Origin: Acanthaster planci | Lineage: Eukaryota | Length of the DNA stretch: 64,000 nucleotides | Direction of reading: 5' to 3' | Assembly: GCF_001949145.1 (NCBI RefSeq) | Contig: NW_019091362.1 | Span: 434,670-498,669, forward strand | Shown: positions 25,091-37,208 of the stretch, piece after piece | Position numbering within the stretch: position 1 is the stretch's first letter | Layout: each line of letters begins with the position of its first letter | Program-made: the position numbers and the translations under genes | The notes under the pieces: model-generated | Told to the model about the DNA's origin: nothing | Database searches by the model: none | The model's input: the letters and a program-made list of their open reading frames with translations, nothing else

Positions 25091-25222
25091 GTGTAAGGCA
25101 CAGACTTGCACGTTCCAACCTCCAAACAAATCTAGTTCAACTTGTGACCTTTCATGGATAACACTGTCAACAACTTAACCTCTTGACCTTTCACGGTTGG
25201 ATTCTGTTTGCTATTTGCATAC

Positions 25223-25382
25223 CAGTTCTAAGCGGCACCAGTCAACCGCAAATGTCGGCGGGAAAACACTGCCCAGTTTCAACGGCACGTACGCTCCATT
25301 GACGCAGTTGCTGGTTGCCTCTGCGTTCACTCCCAGTAGCTCTGGGGAAAAGGGCGTTGTCGAGCCAATGGTCACGTAGACA
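25223..25382 (-). CDS. SGCE: Sarcoglycan exon 6
   Basis: (G)VYVTIGSTTPFSPELLGVNAEATSNCVNGAYVPLKLGSVFPPTFAVDWCRLEL versus human GVYVMVGADVPFS...FYIDWCKISL. Canonical AG/GT, phases 2 and 0. Confidence 0.95.
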
Positions 25383-27110
25383 CTGATGAAGAAAAGAAAT
25401 TGAATGAACACAAAGCTGGTGCATATAAAAAAGCTGAGGGTTAAGGAAATAAAACAGTGAGCGGTGACAAGTGAACAAGGATGGGGAGCAAACTTCACAA
25501 GACTTCTCTTTGCCTAGCAGGGGGATATTTCATAGGCATTTAAAATTTATGTTGATTTCCATTGTTTCTGGATCATTTCCTGCAAGTTCTACCTCTGAAG
25601 TTTGCATGCTCTCAGATGCACTTAGAACCAAGAAGAGGCTGCTGATTCTTTGAGAATTAGATAGGTATTTACATAAAGGTTGTGAAGGAATTTGTTGTTC
25701 ACAAAGTGACACATAAGCTGTGAAGTTAATCAGTAATGATGTACAGAATGTATACCAGCAATTTCCTTTTATATTAACAGAATTTGCACGGAAATGGAAG
25801 GCACAGATTTCTTGTACTGGTGCTTTGAGGCAGGAACCAGCAAATTGTTCAATTTCCTGACACTAAAAATAGCTATAAAAATAACTATAAAACATGTAAT
25901 CTCTCACTTCAACACCTAATCCATACATTTGGGCTTAAAAAATTTAATACAAAAGGATGTGGTTGCTCACTGTACTTTATGAATCTCGTCAGATTAAGGC
26001 CACACATGCAAGAAATCAATTCAACCTCCCCCTCTCATCAAAAGGAGGTACAGGAGAATAAAGTCTAATACCAGTCAGCCATATTGCTCCCCTGACAATC
26101 TTCAAGACTTGAAGACTGTCGATGTTTGATATGCTAAGACAAGATGGTCCCCATGCCATCTACTTGAACCTTCGACCATCTCCCCCCCCCACCTCGCTGC
26201 GGATAATGTGTCATTCCTGCCAAAGGGAACAGGATGTTCCTGCGGATTAGTTCCTTCCTAGTTGCAGGTAGATGGTGTTACGGATCGGCTGGCAAAGCGC
26301 CCCTGGATTTGGCTTATTTTCAATGGGAAACCTCAAGGCATGCACAGAGCTATCCGAATACATCCCTGACCTCATGTGCAGACTGCTCGCCAAATATAAA
26401 CCAATACACTGCGAAACATGCCACTACATGGATAAAAATAAGTGACATACAAAGCAACCAAACATAAATTTGACAAGTAGAAGACTCTCCCAAGTTTGCC
26501 TCTTTACTCCTCTACAATTTTTACATGTACTTCAACTTCTAGTTTTATCCCAGGGCACAAAAGTTCCTTGCTTGTTCACCACCTGCAATTTCTTCTAAGG
26601 AGTCTCATCGTAACATACATGTACATGTACCCTCTTTCCCCAAAGCTTTTTTCTTTCCTTAGAATTGTCCCCGAACCTAAAAAATCCCCATGGAATGCAA
26701 CAGTTGCTAAGCTATATCTTCCACAGTCGTGTAAAATTTAAAAAAATTTTCTGGTTTATTTAGAAAGATCTGAGGGTCAGGCTTAGTGATTCAGGATTTG
26801 CTATTCGGCCAATGTCATGAAGAACTTAGCCTTGCACGTTAACACCAACTTCATTGAAGAGTGCACCACAAAACAGGAATCCTTGCTCAGCAAAATGTAA
26901 CCCATTCAAATAGAGTGAATCTGAAGTCAACATAGCCATGTTGGAGTTCCAGACGCAACTTAAAATCCAAGTACCTTTGGGTCATTAGTTTCATGAAAAT
27001 CTACACGGACCTTAGCCCCAACTTTTTTTTACTAGTGGGTGCTAGGTACCTGTACAAATGCCAGACAAGCCAGGACTGAACAGTTTCAGGACCTGTTTCC
27101 CATGACTCAC

Positions 27111-27303
27111 CCCTCCTTCCCTGGCGTGGGGTTTCCAAGCTCAATCGAGTCGGATGGTGGCCTCAACCTGTGGATGACCAGGGGCGTCTGCGTGGACCAG
27201 ACCAAACCTGACCTATTGAGGAAGTCTCGTTGGCGGATTGCTGAGAGCATGTCGCCAACATTTTGGTTGCTGAGGAAGAACGTAGCAAGGTACTTTGGAG
27301 TAT
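27111..27303 (-). CDS. SGCE: Sarcoglycan exon 5
   Basis: (D)TPKYLATFFLSNQNVGDMLSAIRQRDFLNRSGLVWS...GKEG versus human YQAEFFIKNMNVEEML...DFL...VW...KEG. Donor GG|GTGAGT. Confidence 0.95.
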
Positions 27304-29299
27304 CTGTGGAAATGTAAAAAAAATCTGTATTTTGCAATACACTGATGGGATCATTTCTTGAAAGCCAAATTTCTGAAAATTGATATTTTCCTCAAAAAAA
27401 AAAAAAATAGGTACTGGTATAATCACATTTTCCTATATTGGTGGGTGTGGGAAAAGGTCATACACTGACCTTTCTTAATACCAGTGACATTTGTAAGCAG
27501 ATGTTATTATTAGACTATGAATAAGGTACTGTATCTCTGCAAGGCTTTGCAAGTACCGGTACTAACAACCCAAGCCAAGGTTCTTTCAGTGGTGATCAGT
27601 GGCAATGTGTCATCTAAACACAGCATTTCAAGAACATGAAACTTAAAGGAGATAACTAAATAGACTTGGCCAAGAAAATAAAGTGAATACTTTCAATTGG
27701 CAGTTGGCCAAAACAATCCAAAATCTCTTTCAAAACCAATGATTAATATTCAAATAGTGCCAAGTTTGACAACAAAAGAACTATTTCAATCTCTTTTCCC
27801 TTTTTTCACCCTTATCTGTCTCAACCTGTTCACATTTCCTGCCTGTGAAGAACCTCAATTGGATTTCTCATTGCTTTGGTCATCAGAGCTCTCCCGCTTT
27901 TCTCAGAAACATTTCTAAAGAGTGAACTTTTCGACTTAACAAAACCGTCTTCATTCTTCCTGATGTTATTAAGATAATATATGACCAGCTCACGTCGTAC
28001 TATTCCCTTCCGTTGCTTGGGTTCACAGAAGTTCTTGACCTCTTATCAGAAGGTCTGAGCTTTCCTACATACCAAAATATATCCTAACCTAATTTTCTAT
28101 TTCAGTTAATGTTTAAGACTCTTCCAAAATAACCGTAAGAAATACTGCAAACTCTTTAAAATGGGAAATTTCTTGGGCCTGTGGAATAGAAGTTCTTTAA
28201 AAGCAAATCACAACAGGGAAGGTAGCATCATAATATACACAGCATGTAATGAAAACTTGGATAATGTAAGGTTGTTGCCTGCTGTCAATCATGAGGTCAG
28301 GGTTCCAGTCTGCAGAATCATATTCCTTGTGTCCCCAGGCAAGAGACTTTGCCACAATAGCATCATTGCAACTTGGAAGAAACATTATGTGGGCAGAGTT
28401 GGTTACTTTCATGTTGATAACAGACCAGGTATGATAAAAGGACTTGAATAGCTATTTTTGCCAAGTGTGCGGAATTAGAAGTGCAATACCGCTTTTTCTA
28501 AAACGTGGTTCTTGATAAGAAATTTAATATCTATAATGTCATACAAAAGACCTTTACAAAATGGCTCACGTACAAAAATACTATGATCACATATATGTAT
28601 ATTTAGTATACGTGTATGTCTGTGGACACTTGAAATTAGTGTAAATTTCAAGTGATATTAGAATCATAATCATATTGATAAAACTGTGAGAACATGAATG
28701 ATAAAAGTGGTATGTCTGATTGCTGTGGTTCCACTATTCATTTTGGGTCTAATGAGTTGACTGCACTTTTGAAGGCAGAAGCTATCACAATCCTGGTACA
28801 TGTAATTTAGTTTTAAAATTTCCGCTCCAAGGTTGAAAATGAATAGTCCAGGAAATCATGGCAGACAGAAGGGTTCAAGAACCAATCAACAGATGGGTAA
28901 TCACAGGACACTTCAATGCCACCCGTTGACAGGCTAACTTGGTGTCTGGACTAACCAGGTGGATCAAGAAGTCTGGCCACTTGACCACTGGGTGAGAGTG
29001 AATGGTCAGTCTTCAGGAACCCACGCCATAATCACATGAGCCTCACCTAAGCCCTGTGGGTTCTTCCAAATTGCCAGCTTTTGACGGCATTTCTTTAAAA
29101 GCCCTGTGTGGCTGTTGGTTCTTGTTTGAGCTCAGCAAGATGAGCTATTGGTTTCCCCTGAGGGCCTGCCTTCCTGTTATCGTCTACATATGTCTTACTT
29201 TGCCTTGGGGTTTTGGAGTAAGGGAGGACAAGACTAATATTTAAGAAAACTTGTTTTTTGGAAAGCTCTCTGGGATGTTTATGTCTGTTCTGTGCTTAA

Positions 29300-30000
29300 G
29301 GCGGATACAGTGGGTGTTCAAGACCTTTAGTCTGAAGATTTCAACAAGCTGCAGGCTGAGAGCAACATACAGGCCTTGGGTAGTAAGGAAGAACATTTAA
29401 GTGAGAATGCACCAACCAGCGATTACAGTAATCTTTGCTGAAGACTCCTCTGTGACCGATTCTCATTTTCCTGGTTCAGACTTCAGACTAATGAAGTCAC
29501 ACGGGAGTGGAATCTTCACATTTGACTTTTTTAGAGTATAGGTCACAAAACTCTTGTGGGTTTAAGATCCAGATTACCACCACTAAGCAGGAGACGTCTT
29601 TTGGCTGACGGAATAAATATGAACCATGTTGACTTTGATTTGGCTACTTCCTCTGAATGTTGTTACATGCGATCAGATGGAGGACACATGGTGAAGCAAA
29701 CCTTCAGACGCTGGATGAGCTCAACTATCTGTATATTTCTATTGGAACAGTTTGCTTTGGTGAGGCATCTGAGTTCGCTGCTTAAATTATTGAGAATCAA
29801 ATAACTACCGGTGCAGTTGACTGGAATGGTGTGAGGGGATTCCTGTTGGATAATAGAAGTCTTTCACCAGTCTGAGACAAACTGCTGTGTTTGTCACAGT
29901 TAATGCATGAAGAATAAAATCTGATTGGTTGCTGCCCTGGGTAATGATACAGCTGTAGGTTGTTGACAGTGCCTACCAATCAATGGAGCTCTGACACAGG
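29300..30000 (-). mobile_element. Possible highly decayed LINE RT remnant
   Basis: Fragmentary minus-strand similarity to CR1-type RT (VNNLQLYHY, later LNP). Many stops and frameshifts; recognised by eye only. Confidence 0.3.
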
Positions 30001-30742
30001 AAATTGAAGAACAGCATAAAAGTTGGCAGCTCCCTTGTCAGATTTAAAATAAGTGCTAAGGATCATTGGGCTTAAGTACCTGTCGGAATGTTCAATCTCC
30101 AGTCACTGACTCACCTTGTCACTGCACATTAGCTGCTCATGCTTTGTTAACATCATTCACACTTATTGGAAAGATGGGTGTGACTCAAGACAAAACTGCT
30201 ACAACATGTCCTAATGGGATGCAAACCCCTGTCTTCACTGATGGGTAAGTGGTCTTACAATGTACTATCCACTCACAGCTACATGTACTTAATATAGCCT
30301 TCATTTTGCCATCTTCATCAAGCTAATTCTTGGACTCCAGGCCTCTTTTTTGCAGCTTGAGTCATAAGTGCTTTAAACTCACTTCCAAAAACACACAATC
30401 TGTGTTCATGGGAGTTACTGAGTATGGAAATAATTTATCAGCTGTGTTGTAGCTTTTCAGTTTCTTACAAGAACAAAAATATAAGGCAACAGAAATTATG
30501 ATTGAGCACACACACATAGAAAACCAAGTACCACTTCACCCTTGGTTTTAAATATGAATATTTATTTTGATTGAGTTTGGTATGAGTAGAGAGAAAAATG
30601 AAGGCAGGCAGATTAAAGGCTGCTGAGACTTTCTGCCTGATGATGTTAAAAATGACAATAGGGAAACCCAACTTGCCGACAGATGGTTGCAACAGGCTGG
30701 TATCTACCAAGATAGAAAATCTTACATGGATAGTACATGTAA

Positions 30743-31663
30743 GGGGTCATCCATTTTTGTCAACACTTTCACCAGCGCACAAACCGCATGCTGGGGGAGG
30801 GGATGAATTGGTTGCGTACGCTTTAGAAACATGTTAAAAATGATGATTATCAAAGACCGGCCAACTATCACCCTCAACTATTGCACTTGTGCAGACAGTG
30901 CACAGGACTCTGATGCATCATTTATACAAGTTGGGACAATGGCTGTTTCTTAACCACTCGATGATTTTGCATGGTGTCATATAATTATGAAAAAAGTACA
31001 CACAGAAGTACCAGGCAAAATTCACTAACGTTGAAATCACAGCCCTGTGTGATAGTCTTTGAGCAGCTTCCCCCAAAGCTCTGCTGCACCGTGCGTGCAA
31101 TGAGGTTTGGAACCCAGACACAGGTGTATTTTACAGTTTATTTATGTACGCATTTTCCCTTGTGTGGAAAGGTGCCCTGCTAAATGCGTGCTTAATACAC
31201 ACAAGTTTGTACATATACATAACGATAAGTAACATAGCTGTATACTTTTACCACTTTTTATAAGCTTTTGTGAAGGGAAAAAATCAAATCAAATCAAAGA
31301 TACATTTGCTGACTGCTATTTTTGGCCACAAAAAATGGACACTTTTATTTTAAGAAAAAAGAACCTGTACATCGGGCAATTTGTCCTTAATTTTACTTGC
31401 CCGAACTGAAAAAAGAAATTTATCCCTGGCAATCTGAAAACTGTGAATGTGGAGACCTGTCATGGACATTGTTTTTCCTCCTGCCAATACTCTCTGGTCG
31501 TCTACTGCACATTAACAGCCTTACATTGTGAGTTACAATGGGTCCTCTGGCACCACAGAGAAATCATCATTTTATTTTGTCCTCTTTTAGAGGGGGGAAG
31601 GGGGCCAGGAAAAACAGTACACTTTGTACGCATGTGAAAATGACGACAAAAATGGATGACCCC
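30743..31663. mobile_element. PIF/Harbinger-type non-autonomous element (921 bp, TAA TSD)
   Basis: TAA|GGGGTCATCCATTTTTGTC...GACAAAAATGGATGACCCC|TAA. Joining the flanks recreates TGGATAGTACATGTAAGACCACTTACCCATC, which has an uninterrupted inverted copy at about 30240-30271. Confidence 0.9.
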
Positions 31664-31902
31664 TAAGACCACTTACCCATCTGTGAAGATAGGGGTTTCC
31701 ATCCCACCAGGGCTGGTATCTACCAAGCACATGTACTTTCCATCCTCAGTTCCACTCGGGGCCAGAATATCTAGTAGATTTAGTGGGCACAGTACATTAA
31801 GCACTTGTGCCTAGTGGTTAGAAAATGTGGGACCTTCGAAAGTACCAGGGTGCCATAAGACACACAGTTTTTGGTGTCAAATGTTTCAGCATCTACCGGT
31901 AT

Positions 31903-32317
31903 TATATATAACGGGTTTGCCCTTACCCAACGTATATTAATAAGCACTGTATGCTCAGTGCTTGTCCGAGAGCTTGCGAAAAACTTCACAAGCTTACTCC
32001 GGTGGGACTCGAGCCCGCGACCTCCTGCTTACTAGTGCAGATGTCTTAACCACTCGACCACAGAGCTTGCCGGGGTCGGCTGGCCAGTCCGAGTCAATGA
32101 AGCAGCAGGTACCACGAACTATTTTCAAGATGCATTTTTGCGTTGGGGAGATGTTAATCATATATAACGGGTTTGCCCTTACCCAACGTATATTAATAAG
32201 CACTGTCTGCTCAGTGCTTGTCCGAGAGCTTGCGAAAAACTTCACAAGCTTACTCGGGTGGGACTCGAACCCACAACCTCCTGCTTACTAGTGCAGATGT
32301 CTTAACCACTCGACCAC
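31903..32317 (-). mobile_element. tRNA-Thr(AGT)-derived SINE/satellite insert, about 1.6 units of a 256-bp repeat
   Basis: Two near-identical copies offset by 256 bp. The minus strand of 31996-32066 reads GCTCTGTGGTCGAGTGGTTAAGACATCTGCACTAGTAAGCAGGAGGTCGCGGGCTCGAGTCCCACCGGAGT, with A box, B box and CTAGTAA anticodon loop plus one extra base. Flanked by the direct repeat ACCGGTAT (31895-31902 and 32316-32323). Confidence 0.85.
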
Positions 32318-32871
32318 CGGTATCTTAGAATTTTCAATATCTGGAAAGCTGAAAAGTACATGCAGCTTATGCACGCTTGGCAAAGCCTACACCATCAACA
32401 GGAAATCTGAGTCCCCAGTGCTTTAACAGTGCTATGATTCTGATCCGGTGCCTTGGGCGCAGAAGTTCTTAGGGTCTACCAAAAATGCTTCTTCAGGCCC
32501 TGGCTACATTGAATTTATTCCTCTCCGACAATTCAGTTTACAACATTTGGATGGTATCGGGAGGGCACAACTCAGCCACTGTTACTTCACATTAGATAAT
32601 GTCCCCATTTTTTTCACGAACAAAGAATAGGACATTGGCTTTCTGCATACTGTTGGATTTTGGATTATTCAGGACAGCATCTAGCAAACATTTGAAGGGA
32701 ATATGAGTAAACAATTTAAGTTTTAGATTTGAACTAATTCCTAAGGTTACTGGAACATGTACTCAGAAAAAAAGCATTAATTATAAGATGCATGTACAGA
32801 AGTACCATGCATGGGGGTCAGGGTTCGCTTGGTAACCAAAAAGGCCATCCATACAGGTATGACCTGCATAC

Positions 32872-32944
32872 CTGAGTGGTAAGTTACTGATATCGGCACC
32901 TTGACACGAGCAGACTGGTAGGTGTCTGTGTTCAGGGCTATGAT
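32872..32944 (-). CDS. SGCE: Sarcoglycan exon 4
   Basis: TTGTCTTGACAG acceptor, encodes IIALNTDTYQSARVKVPISVTYHS(D), donor GTATGC. Resembles human [20 protein letters not shown]. 73 nt, phases 0 and 1 fit both neighbours. Confidence 0.92.
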
Positions 32945-33959
32945 CTGTCAAGACAAAAGGACAGATAAAAATCATGAATCACTCAAAAGTAATGTAGATA
33001 ATAGACAGTTTATCAAATAATGCACAACTGCGGGTAATTTCATGAAATATTGATCTGGATGACTGTTAAGCTGATACCGGCAAACACAGCTTTGGTAAAG
33101 TACCAGGATTGGATCATTTTCCATATTCAATTTGCTGCAAATAAGCAAAGCTTTAATTCATGACAAACGTTGCTTTGTGACAGCATGGATTGTGATTATA
33201 CTCTTCCCAAAGCTCCAAAATAGTCTGTGCTTCCTGCAGAGGCGATGGGCAAAGTTGTATGAAGGTCTGGTCACCTTCAAAGAAAAGCACTGAAGTGCAT
33301 TATGTACAAGTTTGCCTCTACTGAAGAGAAGATATGCCAGTCTACCAAGCTGCTTGAAAAATAGCTGGAAGTTTGCCACGTAAGGAATAAGGTTTAGTGG
33401 AGTAAGCTTCAAACTCAGAAGACCAATTCCCCACTCTCTGTTTTTGAAAATAAAATCTGGTGCAAGATTTGGCTCTAAGACAATAACAAATTCTTGTGAC
33501 ATGAGACAATATACACTCTTCCAGAATGTAAGTAAACAAGCCCCACACTGTCAAATGTTATTGCAACAATTTATACTTTTTTTTAATCAAACAATCATTT
33601 TCCAAATAAGCCTTCTTAAAGTAGCATGTACCCAGTTACATTTCAACAATAATCTGAAACTCCAAGAAAAATCCCATATTGTAAGAAACAAACCACAACA
33701 CACATGCCCACACTCACACTTACCTTACAGTGTATGTACATCTACTTATTGTGGACATTCCTTTCTTTCTGTGCAGTTAAGAAAACTCAGTGAAAATATT
33801 CATTTTTCTTAGAACTGGGAACATGATTTTCAGCTGGCTTTTTGTACAAGGTTTCCTTGCCTATTCCTCTTCCGACAGATGACCCCTACCCCAAAAGGCC
33901 TCTAAACCCCTTTTTCAGAGAAGGGGAAATGTCCGTTCCACAGAATGTCTTCCTTTCCT

Positions 33960-34390
33960 GCATTGTGTGGACATCTTTTGTTCACAAGTCCACACTAGGT
34001 ATACAAGGTTAGCGCGCACACACACACNCCCTCTGTCAATCGGGGACCTTATTGTCCTCTATTGTTCAGGGTTCCCAATTGAATGCAGAAACAAACTCAC
34101 CCACACACAAGTGTGTATTTGCCTGCAATTGGGGACCCTCTATTGTTCCACTTTTGTCCATACTTAAACTTTTATGGAAGATCTCCCTTACTGTATGTCT
34201 TGTACACAGTTGTCAATCGGGGACCCTCTGTCAATCAGGGACCTTATTGTCCTCAATTGTTCAGGGTCCCCAATTGAATGCAAAACAAACTCAACGCTAT
34301 CGCACCCTACATTATGTGGACTTCTTTTGCGCAGAGGTCCACACTATGTATGCCATGCCTGCACACACAAACCGAAACACACACAGACGT
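33960..34390. repeat. Degenerate local repeat cluster (GTCAATCGGGGACC modules)
   Basis: CCTCTGTCAATCGGGGACCTTATTGTCCTC recurs at about 34030 and 34226, and TGTGGAC..CTTTTG..GTCCACACTA at about 33966 and 34315. An N sits at 34028. Confidence 0.7.
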
Positions 34391-35149
34391 CTCCACAAGA
34401 AATGATGACATCATCTGTCCAAAACCAGTCCCTGCCAATCACACAAAGAGGCCAAGACAATGTTGGACATTTCAACCCTGAGGGTTTCAAACAAGCATCT
34501 GACTCTCGTCCCCTGAGGACAGACACCGAAGCATAAGACAGAGTAGTACAGATGTCATCTGGCCTTTCTCCTTGAGTCTTGTGACTTGAAAGGGAAATTG
34601 CAAAGGACAGCTGTGGAGGGTCAGGGAACTACTTAGATCCTCCACTCTTCCTCTCATTCTGTTTCTATGGACTGCTACTACCGGAAATTTGCCAAAGAAA
34701 CAACGTCATAAGACCTGAACATCTGCCAGCTTGTGGAGTTCAAAAAGAAAGGACATCCCCAAATCCGTTTCTGTCACAATTAACATAGAGACATACAATT
34801 TCACATGCAAGAGAGTGAGTAGTCTTGAAGTGACCTTCAGAAACTACATATTCCCCTGTACCATTAAAAAATTGCTCAATGAAGGTTTTTTGTGAAATCT
34901 TGAGGACATTTGTTTTTACATGTATGTGAAGTTCTTAGAAGTAATTTATTGGTAGAATTAAATAAGAGGCCTCATCTTTTTTCTGCAGAAAATAAACAGA
35001 CATGTCTGCTATAAACAACCCCCCACAAAAAATCATATTATGCCCCCCAAAACTTGCCACCAAAAACATTGTACTTCAATGTCTGATGTTAAATTTGGTT
35101 AAAACATCAATAAATAAAAACTTTTGTGTCATGTGAGCACTCACCATAC

Positions 35150-35304
35150 CTCAAGAGTGATGTCGCCAATATTATCTGTATCAGGTGTGCCATACATGTA
35201 GGCCTGACGGGTAGGGTCTGTCTGGATATATCTCAACCACTCAGGAAGGCCTGGTTTGCCAATAAGGGAGGGCTTGTAGATAAGTGGGCCGGGCTGGTTG
35301 GGCC
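35150..35304 (-). CDS. SGCE: Sarcoglycan exon 3 (cadherin-like CADG domain)
   Basis: (G)PNQPGPLIYKPSLIGKPGLPEWLRYIQTDPTRQAYMYGTPDTDNIGDITLE versus human [28 protein letters not shown]. Donor GAG|GTATGG. Confidence 0.96.
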
Positions 35305-37103
35305 CTGAAATGTCATGGGTCAGGATAAGAGAATTGTTAGTGTTGTAAATGTCATTAGGATTGTTGACATAAATTGACCATTTCAAAAACATGTTGTAAT
35401 GTGAGTGTACATAACTACAAACAGAACTGTTTAGATTGAACCACAGACTATGCAAGCAAGTATTGTTGTCTTCAACACTTCAGTAAACACAGTCACATCA
35501 TAAGTTCTCTTACAATGGGAAGGACTTTCCTTGAGAACAATCTAGGTAAAAGTTTGGCTTCCTTTTTAAAACGAGAACGTGGGAGGAAGTATGACTGTGC
35601 TTGATTCAGAACTAGCAGGTGTTCTGAGTGCTAAGGCCACTGCCTGTTCAACATCAAATGCTTTCTCACAGGCATTTCAGCAGCCTTAGTTGAATCATTT
35701 TGCAAACCCCAATTGTCATTCCCATGTTGCCATTGGCTGTAACTTTCACAACATATATGTACATGGTCAGTGACTTCTTTTTACGATTTTTATTTTCAAT
35801 GGTTCACTCTGTACTGTTCACTCTGTATTGGACAATTCCAATTAAATCAGAACAGTTGGCAGGTATCTCTGTCCTGGGACGCCATGTTTGCAGGAAAATT
35901 ACAACTGCGAATTCAAAATTATCAGGTGTGAGTGCTCCTAATGTGTAAAATGTTCTTTAATACACAAAAGCGCATTGATCCAATTGCCTTGGGAAATATG
36001 GCACTGCACATCCAAAATGCCAATGCAAATGGCAACGCACAGGAAGTGATGTCATATGAGAGACCTACATGAACATGTACACATTTAACCAAAACACATA
36101 GAGCCATGTTGTCCACTATCAAATGCTATCCTGGATCAGAATATTTAGGCAGTTTTCTATAAAAAGCATTGTAGTCTGGTACGGTAGTTGCAAGTGATGT
36201 TTCAAAATCCTGGAGTACATTCTGGGCGCCTAGATGTATACAAAATGCAGCCTACCGGTACCTTAAATCCATTGTATGTATTGTCTGAAGTATTCTCTAG
36301 ACTTTTTCACACAAGAGGCCACTTTATTAAGATCATTGGCGTGAAAGTGAGTCAAATTCCCCCGAGGTGTGGGGATGATGGGGGGGGGATGAGTAAAGAT
36401 CTTGTATTTTAGACCTCCAACATGCCCAGGGTTTTTCCCACTGGTCATCTGCTGGCCTGCTAACCATCAGCAATCGGTATTTAGTCACTCTCTCATGGTC
36501 ACCAGGGGGAATCGGTTGATGAAATGGGAACAAATGAAGACAAAAAGATGCAAACTGTTAAAGACTTTAGTTCCTATCTAGAGGAATGGAGATATTGCAT
36601 GGTGGAGAAAGTATGAAGGGAAGCGAGTGACGAGGAAATTAATTTCACCTGTGATGGTGCACTTGAGGAAACATTTCCTTGCAATTTTGCGGTAACTCAA
36701 CACGGCTACTGCCAAAATGTAAGCAATGTGGGATGCAGTCTAAAATTTAAAAGTGGGGAAGTAATTTAGCTTGAAGGAATTCGCCTTACAAAAATTGAAA
36801 ACGAACTCAATTTTGTGGGAATGTTTCCCCCTCCCCTTTAGTCATGCCCTCCTTCTGGTTCATCCTAGGATAGTAACCACGCTTGACCCAATAATGCTAA
36901 ATCTGGTGATATTCAATATCTATAGGATCTTGTTCACCAGGCCATGACAGGTCTCTTGTCCCTGCAGAAGATTTCTATTGGATTGCTGTGTTTTGATCCA
37001 ACTGATTCAGGACATTTCTTGGAAAACAAATGTGAAAAGACTTCAGGATAAGAGGTAAATAGTATCTGCAGGTTCAGAATCAACAGAGCATTAGAATATT
37101 TAC

Positions 37104-37208
37104 CCAAGGAGAACGGTCCGAAGAAGTTTTCTTTCTCAAAGACATACTGGAAGTTGATGCCGACTGTTGCCTCTTCGCCCCTTGACAGAGAGATGGCAGA
37201 CACAAAAG
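37104..37208 (-). CDS. SGCE: Sarcoglycan exon 2 (end of signal peptide, start of CADG)
   Basis: (A)FVSAISLSRGEEATVGINFQYVFEKENFFGPFSL(G) versus human AGVLFVHVLEREYFKGEF. Acceptor TTTTTACCACAG, donor G|GTAAAT, phase 1-1. Confidence 0.9.

Noticed and set aside
24886..25161. ORF with SLPVANT repeats, or a CRISPR-like array
   Set aside because: It is a plain 21-bp tandem repeat without spacers in a eukaryotic intron.
31996..32066. Functional tRNA-Thr(AGT) gene
   Set aside because: Six-bp acceptor stem, eight-nt anticodon loop, altered T-loop (GCTCGA) and embedding in a duplicated TSD-flanked unit point to a tRNA-derived repeat.
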